Shown in pieces: positions 37,302 to 46,376 of a stretch of DNA of 49,363 nt (position 1 is its first letter; the number at the start of each line of letters is the position of its first letter). Source of the stretch: an uncultured Clostridiaceae bacterium (GTDB lineage: Bacteria > Bacillota_I > Bacilli_A > RFN20 > CAG-288). The stretch is taken from positions 1 to 49,363 of the forward strand of contig CAYUFI010000005.1 of assembly GCA_964444175.1 (NCBI GenBank), in the 5' to 3' direction. Position numbers and translations under genes: made by a program. Below the pieces are notes generated by a model. The model saw nothing but the letters and a program-made list of their open reading frames with translations. It was not told where the DNA came from and searched no databases.

Positions 37302-37868
37302 TTACTTCTCGATGAGCTTCCGCCCTTCGGAGAACGCCTTCGCGACGACCGGCCCGAGGACGCGGTACGCTTGAATCGAAGGATCGTAGCAGATCGGTTT
37401 GAGCTTGTCCGCATCGACTTTCCCGTCGGTCAGAACGCTTTCGGACGCGATCTCGTCGACGATCGTCCCGACTAAGATTCCGGTCTTATCATCGTAGGAC
37501 TTCACGAGGCATTCCAGCGTGACCGGATATTCCTCGATGACCGGGGCGTTGACGTGCGGAGCGCGCGAGACGTGCACGCCGGCTTCCCTGATCTTGTCGA
37601 CCTTGTTTCCCGAGACGAGCCCGAAGTAATCCGAGATCGTGACCGTGTCGGCGGTGGCGAACGCGACCGTGAAAGCGCCGGTCTTCTTCAGGTTCTCCGT
37701 CGTCTTGTGCTCGGCGAGATAGAATGAGATTTCCCCGTAATCCGACTGGACGCCCCAGGCGGCGTTCATCGCGTTCGGACGCCCGTTCTCGTCGTACGTC
37801 CCGAGGATGAAGACGCCTTCCGGAAAGATCGGAGCGACGTTCCCTTTGAAAATAGCCATATGTTTCAT
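37302..37868 (-). CDS. Flavin reductase-like (flavoredoxin) FMN-binding protein
   Basis: 188 aa. AAGGAGA RBS 5 nt upstream of the ATG. Split-barrel flavin reductase pattern (ILGTYDENGRPNAMNAAWG...). Confidence 0.7.
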   Translation of the reverse strand: MKHMAIFKGNVAPIFPEGVFILGTYDENGRPNAMNAAWGVQSDYGEISFYLAEHKTTENLKKTGAFTVAFATADTVTISDYFGLVSGNKVDKIREAGVHVSRAPHVNAPVIEEYPVTLECLVKSYDDKTGILVGTIVDEIASESVLTDGKVDADKLKPICYDPSIQAYRVLGPVVAKAFSEGRKLIEK

Positions 37869-37947
37869 GCATTCTCCTTCTCTTCCATTTTATCAGAGAC
37901 GGGATCATCCGATTCTCCGAACGCGCGGAATTCCTTTACCCGCGGAC

Positions 37948-37985
37948 ACAAAAAAGAGAGAAGAGGTATCACTCCCTTCTCTCTT
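37948..37985 (-). terminator. Terminator of the PFOR gene
   Basis: The minus strand reads agagagaaggg-agtgata-cctcttctct followed by tttttgtg. Confidence 0.65.
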
Positions 37986-38007
37986 GAAGTCGGATGGGAA
38001 ACGGAGA

Positions 38008-41000
38008 TTACTTCGATTCTTCGCCGAATTCGGCGCCGAATCTCTTGATGTCTTCGAGTCTCTTCTTCGCGTAAGCTTCGCAGTTCGCGTAGAGCTCTTC
38101 GGCGTGCTCCGGATTGAACTTCGGAAGCTGCGAGTATCTGGCCTGCTTCATTAAGAAGTCGCGGAACTTGGACCAATCCGGTTCTTTCGAATCGATGTGG
38201 AGCGGGTTCTTTCCTTCCGCAATGAGGCGAGGATCGAATCTGAACAGCGGGAAGTATCCGCAGTTGACGGCTTCCTGCATCATCTTCGGGCTGTTGCCTA
38301 AGCCGCCCTTGATGGAGTGCAGTAAGCACGGAGAGTAAGCGAAGATGATGGAAGGTCCATTGTAGGACTCGGCTTCCCTCATCGCCTTGATGGCCTGGGC
38401 CGGATCCGCGTCGATCGCGATGTTCGCGACATAGACGTGCTCGTAGGTCATAGCCATGAGCGCGAAGTTCTTCTTCGCTTCTTTCTTACCAGCGGAAGCG
38501 AATTCCGCGATAGCACCGGTCTGGGTGGACTTGGAAGCCTGACCGCCGGTGTTGGAATAGACCTCGGTATCGAGGACGAGGACATTGACGTTACGGTTGT
38601 TGGCGATAACGTGATCGAGACCGCCGTAGCCGATATCGTAGGACCAGCCATCGCCGCCGATGATCCAGACGGACTTGTCAATCAAGTCGCGTTCGTGATC
38701 CAAGAGGGCCTTGATGCCTTCGTTCTTGGAGGCCTTGACCAGTTCGACGAGCTTGCCGACGATGCCCTTGACGTATTCGCGGTCCTGATGCGCGAACTTG
38801 TCGGTCGGGCAGGTGTGGGCTTCGTAATCTTCGAGGACGGCCTTGAGTTCCGGCTCGACGTCGTTCTTGTTCTGTTCGATGATCTGGATGACCTGCTTCA
38901 GTTCGAAGTCGGCCGCGACTCTCATGCCGTAGCCGTATTCGGCGTTATCCTCGAATAAGGAGTTCGCCCAGGCCGGACCGAATCCGTTCTTGTCCGTGGT
39001 GAACGGAGATAACGGAGTCGAACCGTTGTAAATGGAGGAGCAGCCGGTCGCGTTGGCAATCAGCATATCCGGGCCGAACAGCTGGGTGGCCAGACGGTAG
39101 TGCGGAGCTTCGCCGCAGCCCGCGCAGGCGCCGCAGACTTCGTCGTACGGTCTTAACAGCGAAGCGCCCTTGACGGTGTTCGTGTTGAAGATCGCGGCTC
39201 TAGCCGGATCGTTATCGACTTTCTTGAAGAGATATTCCGCGGTTTCCTCTTCGTGGAACTGGGACTTCGCTTCGACCATGGAGATGGCCTTGTGGGCTTC
39301 CATGACCGGACGTCCGGTGGTTGCGTCTTTCACGACGTTGCCGTCGGCATCCTTCTTCGGAGCCATCTTGCCCGGGCAGACGACCATGCAGACGCCGCAC
39401 CCGACGCAGTTTCTCGGAGAGACCTGGATTCTGAACTTCATGCCTTTGGCGGCGGCAGGGCCTAACGCCGGAAGGACATTGGCTCTTTCGCTTTCCGCCA
39501 TGCCAGCGACTTCTTCATCGGTGAGGACGAAGGCACGGATCGTGGAGTGCGGGCAGGCGAACGCGCACTTGCCGCACTGGATGCAGTTCTCTTTGTTCCA
39601 AAGAGGGACGACATCCGCGATCGAACGCTTTTCCTTGAAGGAATAATCGGCCTTCATGGTACCCGTCTCGAGTTCCCACTTGCGGAACGTGGAGACCGGC
39701 AGATCGTAGCCGCCGAGTTCGCCGACGACGTTCATGTACGTATCGAAGTACTCGTCGCCGATCTTGCGGTGATGGAAGACGGTGTCGAGCTTCGCCCATT
39801 CCGGATCGACCTTGACTTCTTCGAGTCCGTCCGCGCCGGAATCAATGGCGGCCCAGTTCGCCTTGATGACTTCTTCGCCCTTCTTGGCGTAGGTCTTGGC
39901 GGCCGCATCCTTCATGAGCTTCTTGGCTTCTTCGAAGTCCATGATGTTCGCGAGCTTGAAGAACGAAGCCTGGAGAATGGTGTTGGTGTGACGGCCCATG
40001 TGGCACTTCGCCGCGAGAGCGTTCGCGTTGATGATGTAGAACTTCGCCTTACGGACGGCTAAGTCGTGCTTCATCTTTTCCGGCATGACCTTGACGAGCT
40101 CTTCGGCCGAGAGATCGGTGTTGAGTAAGAAGGTTCCGCCTTCCTTTAAGTCCTTGGCGATATCGAACTTATAGATGTAGGAATCCAAAGAGACCGAAAT
40201 GAAGTCCGCTCTCTGGATGTAGTAGGTGGAGTGGATCGGTTCGTGTCCGAAGCGCAAGTGCGAACGGGTGACACCGCCCGACTTTCTGGAGTCGTACGCG
40301 AAGTACGCCTGGACATACTGTCCGGTCGCGTCGCCGATGATCTTGCAGGAAGATTTGTTCGCGCCGACGGTTCCATCGGAGCCCAGACCATAGAACAGGC
40401 AGGACTTGTAGGAGTGGTTGATGTAGTAATTCTCGTCGACCGGGATCGAGAGATGGGTCACATCGTCGTTGATGCCGACGGTGAAGGAGTTCCAGTGATC
40501 CTTGGAAGCGAGGAAGTCAAACACGGACTTGATGTGCTTCGGCTGGGTATCCTTGGAAGATAAGCCGTAACGGCCACCGATGACTTCGATGTCCTTGCGT
40601 CCCTGCTGATATAAGGCAGCGACGACATCGAGGTACAGAGGTTCGCCGACGGAGTTCGGTTCCTTGGTACGGTCGAGGACCGCGATCTGTTTGACCGAGG
40701 CCGGGATGGCTTCGGAGAGGAGCTTCGCGGAGAACGGACGGTATAAGTGGACGCGGACGAGACCGACTTTCTCGCCTTTGGAGACGAGGTCTTCGACGAC
40801 TTCGTGCGCGGTTTCGGCGCCCGAACCCATGCAGACGATGACCTTGGTCGCATCCTTGGCGCCTTCATAGACGAAAGGAGCGTAGTATCTGCCGGTCAGT
40901 TCGGAGACCTTCTTGAAGTACTTTTCGGCGACTTCGACGATGTGGGCGTTGTGTAAGTTCTGCGCCTCGAGGGTCTGGAAGACCGTATCGTCGTTTTCCG

Positions 41001-41664
41001 CACCGCCTCTGGTGATTGGATGGGTGTGCGGGTTCATGGCGTTCGCCTTGAATTCCTTGACCGCCTCTTCGTTGACGAGGGATTTCCATCCCGCGTCTTC
41101 GACGAATTCGACTCTCTGGATTTCGTGCGAAGTACGGAAACCATCGAAGAAGTGCAGGACCGGAGTCTTGGCTTCAATGGCGATCAGGTGAGCTAATGGA
41201 GCGAGATCCGCGACTTCCTGGACCGACGAAGAGTTGATCATCGTGATGCCGGTCTGACGGACCGCCATGACGTCTTCGTGGTCGCCGAAGATCGAAAGAG
41301 CTCTCGAAGCCAGCGATCTGGCCGCGACGTGCAGGACGATCGGCAGTTCCTCGCCGACCCACTTGTAGATGTTCGGGATCATCAGGAGCAAGCCCTGAGA
41401 AGCCGTGTATGTGGTCGCGAGAGCGCCCGCCTGAGCGGCGCCGTGAACCGAGCCGGAGGCACCGCCTTCGGATTCGAGTTCGACGACATCGACCTTATTG
41501 CCCCAAAGGTTCAGTTTTCCCTTGGTGGATAAGGCTTCCACTTCCTCCGCCATCGGAGACGACGGAGTGATCGGATAAATGCCCGCTACTTCCGTGAAGA
41601 GGTAGGAGTCCATTCCTGCCGCTGTGTTGCCATCGACAGATAAGAAGTACTTTTTAAAACCCAT
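38008..41664 (-). CDS. nifJ: Pyruvate:ferredoxin (flavodoxin) oxidoreductase
   Basis: 1218 aa, single polypeptide. Two ferredoxin-type clusters (CIQCGKCAFACP and CVGCGVCMVVCP). TPP domain GGDGWSYDIGYGGLDH. Confidence 0.95.
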   Translation of the reverse strand: MGFKKYFLSVDGNTAAGMDSYLFTEVAGIYPITPSSPMAEEVEALSTKGKLNLWGNKVDVVELESEGGASGSVHGAAQAGALATTYTASQGLLLMIPNIYKWVGEELPIVLHVAARSLASRALSIFGDHEDVMAVRQTGITMINSSSVQEVADLAPLAHLIAIEAKTPVLHFFDGFRTSHEIQRVEFVEDAGWKSLVNEEAVKEFKANAMNPHTHPITRGGAENDDTVFQTLEAQNLHNAHIVEVAEKYFKKVSELTGRYYAPFVYEGAKDATKVIVCMGSGAETAHEVVEDLVSKGEKVGLVRVHLYRPFSAKLLSEAIPASVKQIAVLDRTKEPNSVGEPLYLDVVAALYQQGRKDIEVIGGRYGLSSKDTQPKHIKSVFDFLASKDHWNSFTVGINDDVTHLSIPVDENYYINHSYKSCLFYGLGSDGTVGANKSSCKIIGDATGQYVQAYFAYDSRKSGGVTRSHLRFGHEPIHSTYYIQRADFISVSLDSYIYKFDIAKDLKEGGTFLLNTDLSAEELVKVMPEKMKHDLAVRKAKFYIINANALAAKCHMGRHTNTILQASFFKLANIMDFEEAKKLMKDAAAKTYAKKGEEVIKANWAAIDSGADGLEEVKVDPEWAKLDTVFHHRKIGDEYFDTYMNVVGELGGYDLPVSTFRKWELETGTMKADYSFKEKRSIADVVPLWNKENCIQCGKCAFACPHSTIRAFVLTDEEVAGMAESERANVLPALGPAAAKGMKFRIQVSPRNCVGCGVCMVVCPGKMAPKKDADGNVVKDATTGRPVMEAHKAISMVEAKSQFHEEETAEYLFKKVDNDPARAAIFNTNTVKGASLLRPYDEVCGACAGCGEAPHYRLATQLFGPDMLIANATGCSSIYNGSTPLSPFTTDKNGFGPAWANSLFEDNAEYGYGMRVAADFELKQVIQIIEQNKNDVEPELKAVLEDYEAHTCPTDKFAHQDREYVKGIVGKLVELVKASKNEGIKALLDHERDLIDKSVWIIGGDGWSYDIGYGGLDHVIANNRNVNVLVLDTEVYSNTGGQASKSTQTGAIAEFASAGKKEAKKNFALMAMTYEHVYVANIAIDADPAQAIKAMREAESYNGPSIIFAYSPCLLHSIKGGLGNSPKMMQEAVNCGYFPLFRFDPRLIAEGKNPLHIDSKEPDWSKFRDFLMKQARYSQLPKFNPEHAEELYANCEAYAKKRLEDIKRFGAEFGEESK

Positions 41665-41840
41665 ATTGTTCCTCCATAGTACAGCTCAATTATATACCGA
41701 ACCCGATGGCAGTTTCATTAAAATTTCAGCACAATAAGGTCCAAAGGGGAATCTCCCGAGCATCAAAAGATAGTTTACTGAATATTTAGTCTAAGTTAAC
41801 TATTCAATAAGCTAATAATCCGGTCCGTTCCAAAAACGTA

Positions 41841-42830
41841 TTACAGGGTCTTCAGATATTCCGCAAACGCCGAAAAGATTCCCTTGAACCGGTTCTGTTC
41901 CGCGTAATCCGGGTAGAGGACGACTTTTTCCTGTCTGAACGCCCCGTTGAAAGAGGAAATTTTCTTTAAAAGATCCCTCCGCACGTCTTCTTTTGAAAGG
42001 AGCATCCCCGAAAGGACGATTGAATCGAGACAGAGGAACGCGTCCGCGTCGGCGAGAGCCAAAGCGAGATAGAACAGGACTTTCCCGTACAGGGACGGAT
42101 TTTCCAAAAGTCTCTTACTTCCTTCTTCCTCGGAGAGTTCCTCCCCGAAGAGGTTTTTGAAGGAAAGGACGTCCTCGAGCCTTCTTCCGTCGCTGAGATA
42201 GACGTGCCCGATTTCCGAGCGCCCGCCTTCCCTGTCCTCCGCTTCTTCTCCACGGACGTAGACCGACGAGCCCAGACCCGGACCGTATTTAATGAGAAGG
42301 AACGACTTCTCCTCCGGACGGAGCGTCCGGTAAACCGCGGCGAGCGCGTCGACATTGTTCTTATCCGAGACGGGGATTCCCTTTCCTAAGAGCATATCGA
42401 GCATTTCCCGGTTTACCGGATTCTTTTCGAATTCCGCACGTTCCCCGCGGTACGTGATTCCCGCGGAGAGGATGTTTCCGGATAAATAAGAAGGAAGAGC
42501 CTTTAAAAAAGAAGGGCCGTCAAGGAACTTTTCTTCTTTCAAGACCGCCAGGTCGAAAGAAGAAAGCAGGACTGTGTACGAGGAAGGCTTGACGTCGACC
42601 GAAAGGAATTCCCCAACGGAAGGAGAAAGCGAAAGGACCGAACGGTTCCGTCCGACTTTCCCGTTCGCCTCAACCTTCTCGAGGACCAGCCCCTCTTCGG
42701 AGAGGGACTTCACGGCCATTGTCAAAGCCGGTTTGGAGATGCCGACGCTCCGCGCGAGGTCTTCCCTGTAGGAAGTCTTATTGCCGGCGAGTTTCAGCAG
42801 GATCTTTTTCTGCGTATTCCCGAGTTTCAT
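41841..42830 (-). CDS. ROK family transcriptional regulator (wHTH + sugar-kinase-like sensor)
   Basis: 329 aa from ATG 42830, which overlaps the TauE stop (ATGA). N-terminal wHTH: YREDLARSVGISKPALTMAVKSLSEEGLV. The ORF-track extension to 43037 overlaps the TauE CDS. Confidence 0.75.
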   Translation of the reverse strand: MKLGNTQKKILLKLAGNKTSYREDLARSVGISKPALTMAVKSLSEEGLVLEKVEANGKVGRNRSVLSLSPSVGEFLSVDVKPSSYTVLLSSFDLAVLKEEKFLDGPSFLKALPSYLSGNILSAGITYRGERAEFEKNPVNREMLDMLLGKGIPVSDKNNVDALAAVYRTLRPEEKSFLLIKYGPGLGSSVYVRGEEAEDREGGRSEIGHVYLSDGRRLEDVLSFKNLFGEELSEEEGSKRLLENPSLYGKVLFYLALALADADAFLCLDSIVLSGMLLSKEDVRRDLLKKISSFNGAFRQEKVVLYPDYAEQNRFKGIFSAFAEYLKTL

Positions 42831-43549
42831 ACCACGATCATCAGTCCCGAAATCAATAATAGAACATACGTCACTTTCATGAAGATTTTTAACGGAAGCT
42901 TCTTCGCGACGAATCTCCCTAAGAAGAAACTTGCCAACGACACGGCCGAACCGAGGCCGAGAAGAATCCACGCGCTCTCCGTATAGTCCCCGGCCAGGTA
43001 ATACTGCGTGAACATCGTTAAGTTCAGCAAGATCCACATCAGGGACAGGTTCGCTCTGAACTCGTCTTTGTCCTTGAACCGGACGCTCGCGTAGATGACG
43101 ACGAGCGGCCCTCCCGAAACATACAGTTTATGGAGAATCCCTCCTCCGACCAGAATCAGATAAAGAAGCCAGTCCGGCAGAGTCACCTTCTCGAAATCGA
43201 CGAAGAAGAACACCGCCGCTAACGCCATGATGAGAGAGCCGTAGATTTTTAAGAAGACCGTCCCGTCGTGCGGAAGGAGTTCGAGGGCGAACCCGATTCC
43301 GAATCCGATGGCCGTGAATAAAAACATCGGAAGGAAATCCCGGATCCGGATGCTCTTATAGTGGAAGATCACCACGAGGACACAGACGGCTAACGCCACC
43401 ATGTCCAGAACGGCTTTCGCCTCGGTCTCGCCGATGAGGCGGACCGTAAACGGCATCGCCAGGACCGTCCCGGCGAAACCGGTCACGGCCTGGATGACAT
43501 TCGTGACGAAGATAACGAGCAGGACGAGCCACTCTTTTAAAGACAGCAT
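42827..43549 (-). CDS. TauE/SafE family (sulfite/organosulfonate) exporter
   Basis: 240 aa, about 8 hydrophobic helices. TauE pattern: N-terminal VTGFAGTVLAMPF and an internal GGGILHKLYVSGGPL repeat. Confidence 0.75.
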   Translation of the reverse strand: MLSLKEWLVLLVIFVTNVIQAVTGFAGTVLAMPFTVRLIGETEAKAVLDMVALAVCVLVVIFHYKSIRIRDFLPMFLFTAIGFGIGFALELLPHDGTVFLKIYGSLIMALAAVFFFVDFEKVTLPDWLLYLILVGGGILHKLYVSGGPLVVIYASVRFKDKDEFRANLSLMWILLNLTMFTQYYLAGDYTESAWILLGLGSAVSLASFFLGRFVAKKLPLKIFMKVTYVLLLISGLMIVV

Positions 43550-43555
43550 GGAATT

Positions 43556-44185
43556 TCACAATTCATCCGGGACGACTTCGATATTCGCCCCGGTCAGTCC
43601 GACGTACGCCCCGAGTTCGGCCTGTTCGGATTCTTCATGGGCCAGAAGCCATTTATTCTTCTTCCAGAGCTTCCGGTCGCGGACATTCGAATCGAGATTC
43701 GCGTTCGTCCCCTGCGGAAGGAGGATCAGGCACTGGAAGCCGTCATTAGACGTTTCGCACGGAGAAAAGTGCAGGGTGTACGGATGTAAGACGAACGCCT
43801 CCCCTGCTTTGACCCGTAGCGCCTTCACTTTCGACGTGTCGAGCTTTCCGTCAACGATGTCCTTCTGCAAAGCCAGCAAAAGGATCACGTCCTGCGCAGG
43901 AATATCGACTTCCGGAGAGGCATGGTACTCGAGGCAGTTCAGTTTCCGGTTGTGCCCGTTGCAGTACCCGATCTCCATCGGGAACGTCCCGAACACTTCC
44001 TCGAATGGCTTTTCGAATTCGTGAAAGCCGTGAAAACGGACGTCGTCGGCCACGTACAGGTTGCTCCCGTCGGGCTTACCAACTTCCGTCCCTTCCTTCA
44101 GAAACGTCAGCGGGAGAGAATAGTCCCCTCCTAAGAAATACCCGTATTCAGGCAGTTCCTTTTTAGAAATCTCTTTCACCGACAT
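43556..44185 (-). CDS. DUF4867 family (cupin-like) protein
   Basis: 209 aa. GGGAGGTG RBS inside the upstream gene. I recognise the sequence pattern as DUF4867, which co-occurs with FucI-like isomerases. The start overlaps the isomerase gene by 23 nt. Confidence 0.6.
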   Translation of the reverse strand: MSVKEISKKELPEYGYFLGGDYSLPLTFLKEGTEVGKPDGSNLYVADDVRFHGFHEFEKPFEEVFGTFPMEIGYCNGHNRKLNCLEYHASPEVDIPAQDVILLLALQKDIVDGKLDTSKVKALRVKAGEAFVLHPYTLHFSPCETSNDGFQCLILLPQGTNANLDSNVRDRKLWKKNKWLLAHEESEQAELGAYVGLTGANIEVVPDEL

Positions 44186-45494
44186 CGAGCACCTCCCAGT
44201 TCTTCAGACGGGCGAGAATCTGCAACGCCCTCTTATAACGGACGTACCCCATGATCACGTGGTGCGCGACGCCTTTATACACGACCTTGTCGATGACCCG
44301 GTCGATGGGATGTTCGAAGACGACCTTCGCGTACGTCCCGGACAGTTTCTTCTTCATCGGGACGGCCGTCCCTTCCTCGTAGAACACCCTCGTTCTGCCC
44401 CGCGCCGTATCGATGCGGAGGATGCTCATGTCCCCCGGACGCAGGACGAAATCCGCCGTCACGCCCTTGCCTCCGGCAAAATAGGTCTCTAAAGACCGCG
44501 AGCACACCCCGTCCCACAGATTGCACGGAGCGACCCCGTCGTGCCAGAGCAAAGCGTAATTCTCCTGATAGTTCACCTGTGAGAGATCGGCCATGAACGG
44601 CGTCTTTTCCCCGGCCGCGCGCACCGCGACCATGCTTAAGGCCGCCTCGATGTCCCCTTCGCAGGCGAGTAAAATCCCTCTCGACTGCAGCACCGACATC
44701 ATGGCGCACGGGCTGACCCCGTAGCTCTTCGCGAACTCCGGCCAGCAGCGGATCGCCGCGACGTCGAGCGCCTTCTCCTTCATGAACTTCGCCGCCGAGA
44801 CGACGAGCTGAGCGACCTTTGCAATCTGGTCCTCGCTCAGTTTCTTCGTATCGAACGTCTTCAGGAGGTTTTTCCTCTCGGCTTCGATTTCTTCTTGTCC
44901 CGCTTCCTGTCCGAAGAATTCCTCCAGCTCGTAATGGTCGACGAGGACGCCCGTCTCCTGATAGAGATGGAGCTCGTCCACCCCGACGTTATAGAACCCG
45001 TCCGCGTGGTAGCCGACGAGCCCGATCCTCGTGTTTTGGATCGCCACGAGCATCTTGATTGCCTTCACGAAATCCTCGTCCATTTCGTCTCCGACATGGA
45101 CGACGTAATCGTCCTTCCCGCCCTTATAGAGGTTCGAGGCGTTGAGATTCACCCCGCAGACCGCGTTCAGGCGGATCTTCCCTCCGTCGTAAGGCAGCTC
45201 GTTAAATCCCCAGAGCAGGAACGGCTTCTTGATTTCCTCCGCCAGGATCAGGGCGAGCTGGCCGAGATGGAAGGTCGCGGAGACCACGACGAGCGCGTCG
45301 ATTTTCGACGCGGTGAAATACGACGCGGCTTCTTTCGCCTCGGACGGCTCGATGACCATCTTCCCGTAATCGAACCACTCGACCGAGTCGTCCTTTTTCA
45401 CGGTTTCGTCCCGTTCCTGATACAGTTTGAACGCCGTCTGATAATCGAACGTCTTCCTTACGAGGCACACGAGTCCGATGCGCGCTTTTCTCAT
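44163..45494 (-). CDS. L-fucose/L-arabinose isomerase family protein (candidate sulfoquinovose isomerase)
   Basis: 443 aa. The N-terminal RIGLVCL.. swivel domain and the FucI/AraA-type C-terminal barrel were recognised by eye. The functional call comes from operon context. Confidence 0.65.
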   Translation of the reverse strand: MRKARIGLVCLVRKTFDYQTAFKLYQERDETVKKDDSVEWFDYGKMVIEPSEAKEAASYFTASKIDALVVVSATFHLGQLALILAEEIKKPFLLWGFNELPYDGGKIRLNAVCGVNLNASNLYKGGKDDYVVHVGDEMDEDFVKAIKMLVAIQNTRIGLVGYHADGFYNVGVDELHLYQETGVLVDHYELEEFFGQEAGQEEIEAERKNLLKTFDTKKLSEDQIAKVAQLVVSAAKFMKEKALDVAAIRCWPEFAKSYGVSPCAMMSVLQSRGILLACEGDIEAALSMVAVRAAGEKTPFMADLSQVNYQENYALLWHDGVAPCNLWDGVCSRSLETYFAGGKGVTADFVLRPGDMSILRIDTARGRTRVFYEEGTAVPMKKKLSGTYAKVVFEHPIDRVIDKVVYKGVAHHVIMGYVRYKRALQILARLKNWEVLDVGERDF

Positions 45495-45516
45495 AAATAT
45501 TCCTTCTTTCTACCGA

Positions 45517-46350
45517 CTATTCCCTGTTCACGATCTTGTAGGACGCCGAGAAATCCTCTTTTTCGAGTCCTTCCTTCATCGCTTCCTCGTAGACTTTGAC
45601 GACTCTTCTTAACGAGGGGGTCTCCTTCTTCTTTTCGTCGGCAATCTCCAGGGCGAAATGGACGTCCTTATTCATGTTCCCCACCGAGAACGCGGTCGGA
45701 TACTCTCCGTTGATGATGTTCTTCGCCTTCGTATCGAGATAGAAGCACTGGGCCCCGCCATAAGAGAACGCCGTCACGACGTCGTTCAGATCCATGCCGC
45801 AGGCTTTGGCCAGCCCGAGGACCTCGTTCACGCCGTTCTGGATCTCCCCGACCAGCGCGTTATGCAGGATCTTCATCAAAAGGCCTTTCCCGTGGCCGCC
45901 CATGTAGATGATATTCTTCCCCATACAGGCGAGGACCGGCTTCACCTTCTCGAAGACTTCCTTCTTTCCGCCGGCGTAAATCCCGAGCTCGCCTTTGATG
46001 GCGGCCGGTTGGCTCTTGACCACCGGGCAGTCCAGTAACTCGGCTCCTTTCGCTTCGACCTTCTTCGCCATTTCGACATTGACCCGCGGGGCAATCGTCG
46101 ACATGTCGATGCAGATCTGTCCCGGGCGGAGATACTTCAGCAGTTCGTTATAAAGCGCAATCATGTGCTCGTTCTTGGGGACCATCGAAATGATCACGTC
46201 CGCGAACGAAACGCATTCTTCGTAAGACGACGCGAACGGGAAATCCGTCTTCTTCGGAACGATGTCGTATCCGATGAGGTCGTATTTCTTCGCGACGTTC
46301 TCCGCCATCGGCATCCCCATGATGCCTAAACCGATAAACGCGATTTTCAT
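45517..46350 (-). CDS. NAD(P)-dependent beta-hydroxyacid dehydrogenase (3-HIBADH/YihU-like; candidate sulfolactaldehyde reductase)
   Basis: 277 aa. Rossmann motif IAFIGLGIMG. DMST motif. Catalytic-loop region DCPVVKSQPAAIKGEL, and LMKILHN. Confidence 0.8.
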   Translation of the reverse strand: MKIAFIGLGIMGMPMAENVAKKYDLIGYDIVPKKTDFPFASSYEECVSFADVIISMVPKNEHMIALYNELLKYLRPGQICIDMSTIAPRVNVEMAKKVEAKGAELLDCPVVKSQPAAIKGELGIYAGGKKEVFEKVKPVLACMGKNIIYMGGHGKGLLMKILHNALVGEIQNGVNEVLGLAKACGMDLNDVVTAFSYGGAQCFYLDTKAKNIINGEYPTAFSVGNMNKDVHFALEIADEKKKETPSLRRVVKVYEEAMKEGLEKEDFSASYKIVNRE

Positions 46351-46376
46351 GGTACGGTTCTTCCTTTTAGGGAAAA

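Noticed and set aside
42831-43037. ORF-track N-terminal extensions. Examples: the ROK gene to 43037, pyrG from 2339, rhaB from 9545, rhaA from 11103, fbp from 27283, eno from 33482, GH78 to 16100, GH31 to 49099.
   Set aside because: The extensions overlap upstream genes or leaders and lack an RBS. Internal ATGs with good Shine-Dalgarno sequences give proteins of canonical family length.
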